A stretch of 64,000 nucleotides of DNA. It comes from Octopus sinensis (lineage: Eukaryota). Below, in pieces: positions 63,496 through 64,000 of this stretch. The stretch covers positions 19,220,001 through 19,284,000 of the forward strand of contig NC_043016.1 of the NCBI RefSeq assembly GCF_006345805.1. The letters run 5' to 3'. The notes under the pieces were generated by a model that worked only from the letters and a program-made list of their open reading frames with translations, did no database searches and was not told the DNA's origin. Every line of letters begins with the position of its first letter. The first letter of the stretch is position 1. Position numbers and translations under genes: made by a program.

Positions 63496-64000
63496 ATTAT
63501 TTGTTTATGTTTCCATCAATGTTCAATGTGAGTAAGAAGAAACTCAGGCGCAGATTTCTCAAAAGTTGGCAGATTGGTTAACTCTGAAGTCATACTGGCT
63601 GAACGCAAATAAAAGCGATCTGTCTGACCGTAAAAACGGATAGCACAAGCACAGACTTCTTTTGTGACATCAAGCGATCTTAAAACGCAATTTGGTTTCG
63701 ATTTGATGTGAATTCATCGGCCATAAACTTTCATCAGACGAATGTCTTTTAGAATAAACGTAGAACATAAACAAAAAAAATGGCATCTCGCTTGAACGAG
63801 AGTCTCGTGCGTTAAACATGATTACTGGGTTTGCCACGTGACCTGTGAGCCGGGAAAAAGCGTGTCTGTTCAGGGGTAGACACTTTCTTTTTCTTTCTTT
63901 TTTTTTCTTTCTTTATTCAGTCATTCTCTTTTTGCTTCCTTCTTCCTTAGTTTTCTCGTCAGGAACGAAGTGGGAGGTTCATGCAGGCGTCGTCGTCCAT

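Noticed and set aside
63690-63745. Minus-strand CTGATGA...GAAAC pair
   Set aside because: Stems I, II and III cannot form; a chance match.

Overview
This window is AT-rich, microsatellite-saturated eukaryotic non-coding DNA, either intergenic or inside a large intron. Its SINE families and repeat load match my recollection of octopus genomes; that taxon call is an inference, not a database result. I find no convincing host protein-coding gene, rRNA, true tRNA gene or CRISPR array, and nearly all long ORFs in the track are translations of (CATA)n, (TA)n or (CTAT)n repeats. What can be recognised is a layered set of decayed transposons: three tRNA-derived SINE families; LINE remnants (R4/Dong, Tx1/L1, CR1-like, Zenon-like, RTE); Tc1/mariner elements (DD34D mariner, full-length DD37D maT, a rosa-like deletion derivative, a Tc1 fragment); a Ty3/Gypsy gag remnant; a solo LTR; a small Helitron; and many Penelope-like elements (PLEs) of Poseidon-, Neptune- and Naiad-like types. 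The most interesting signal is a window-wide set of PLE pseudo-LTR (pLTR) fold-back units carrying minimal type-I hammerhead-ribozyme motifs. Their stem III is a different self-complementary palindrome in each family, and two related copies covary in stems I and III. One Poseidon-like copy has an 18-bp target-site duplication, an inverted 5' pLTR, and a tRNA-like Pol III promoter directly upstream of its hammerhead. All translations and alignments were done by eye. Coordinates are exact where termini or motifs are quoted and approximate (about 10-30 bp) otherwise.
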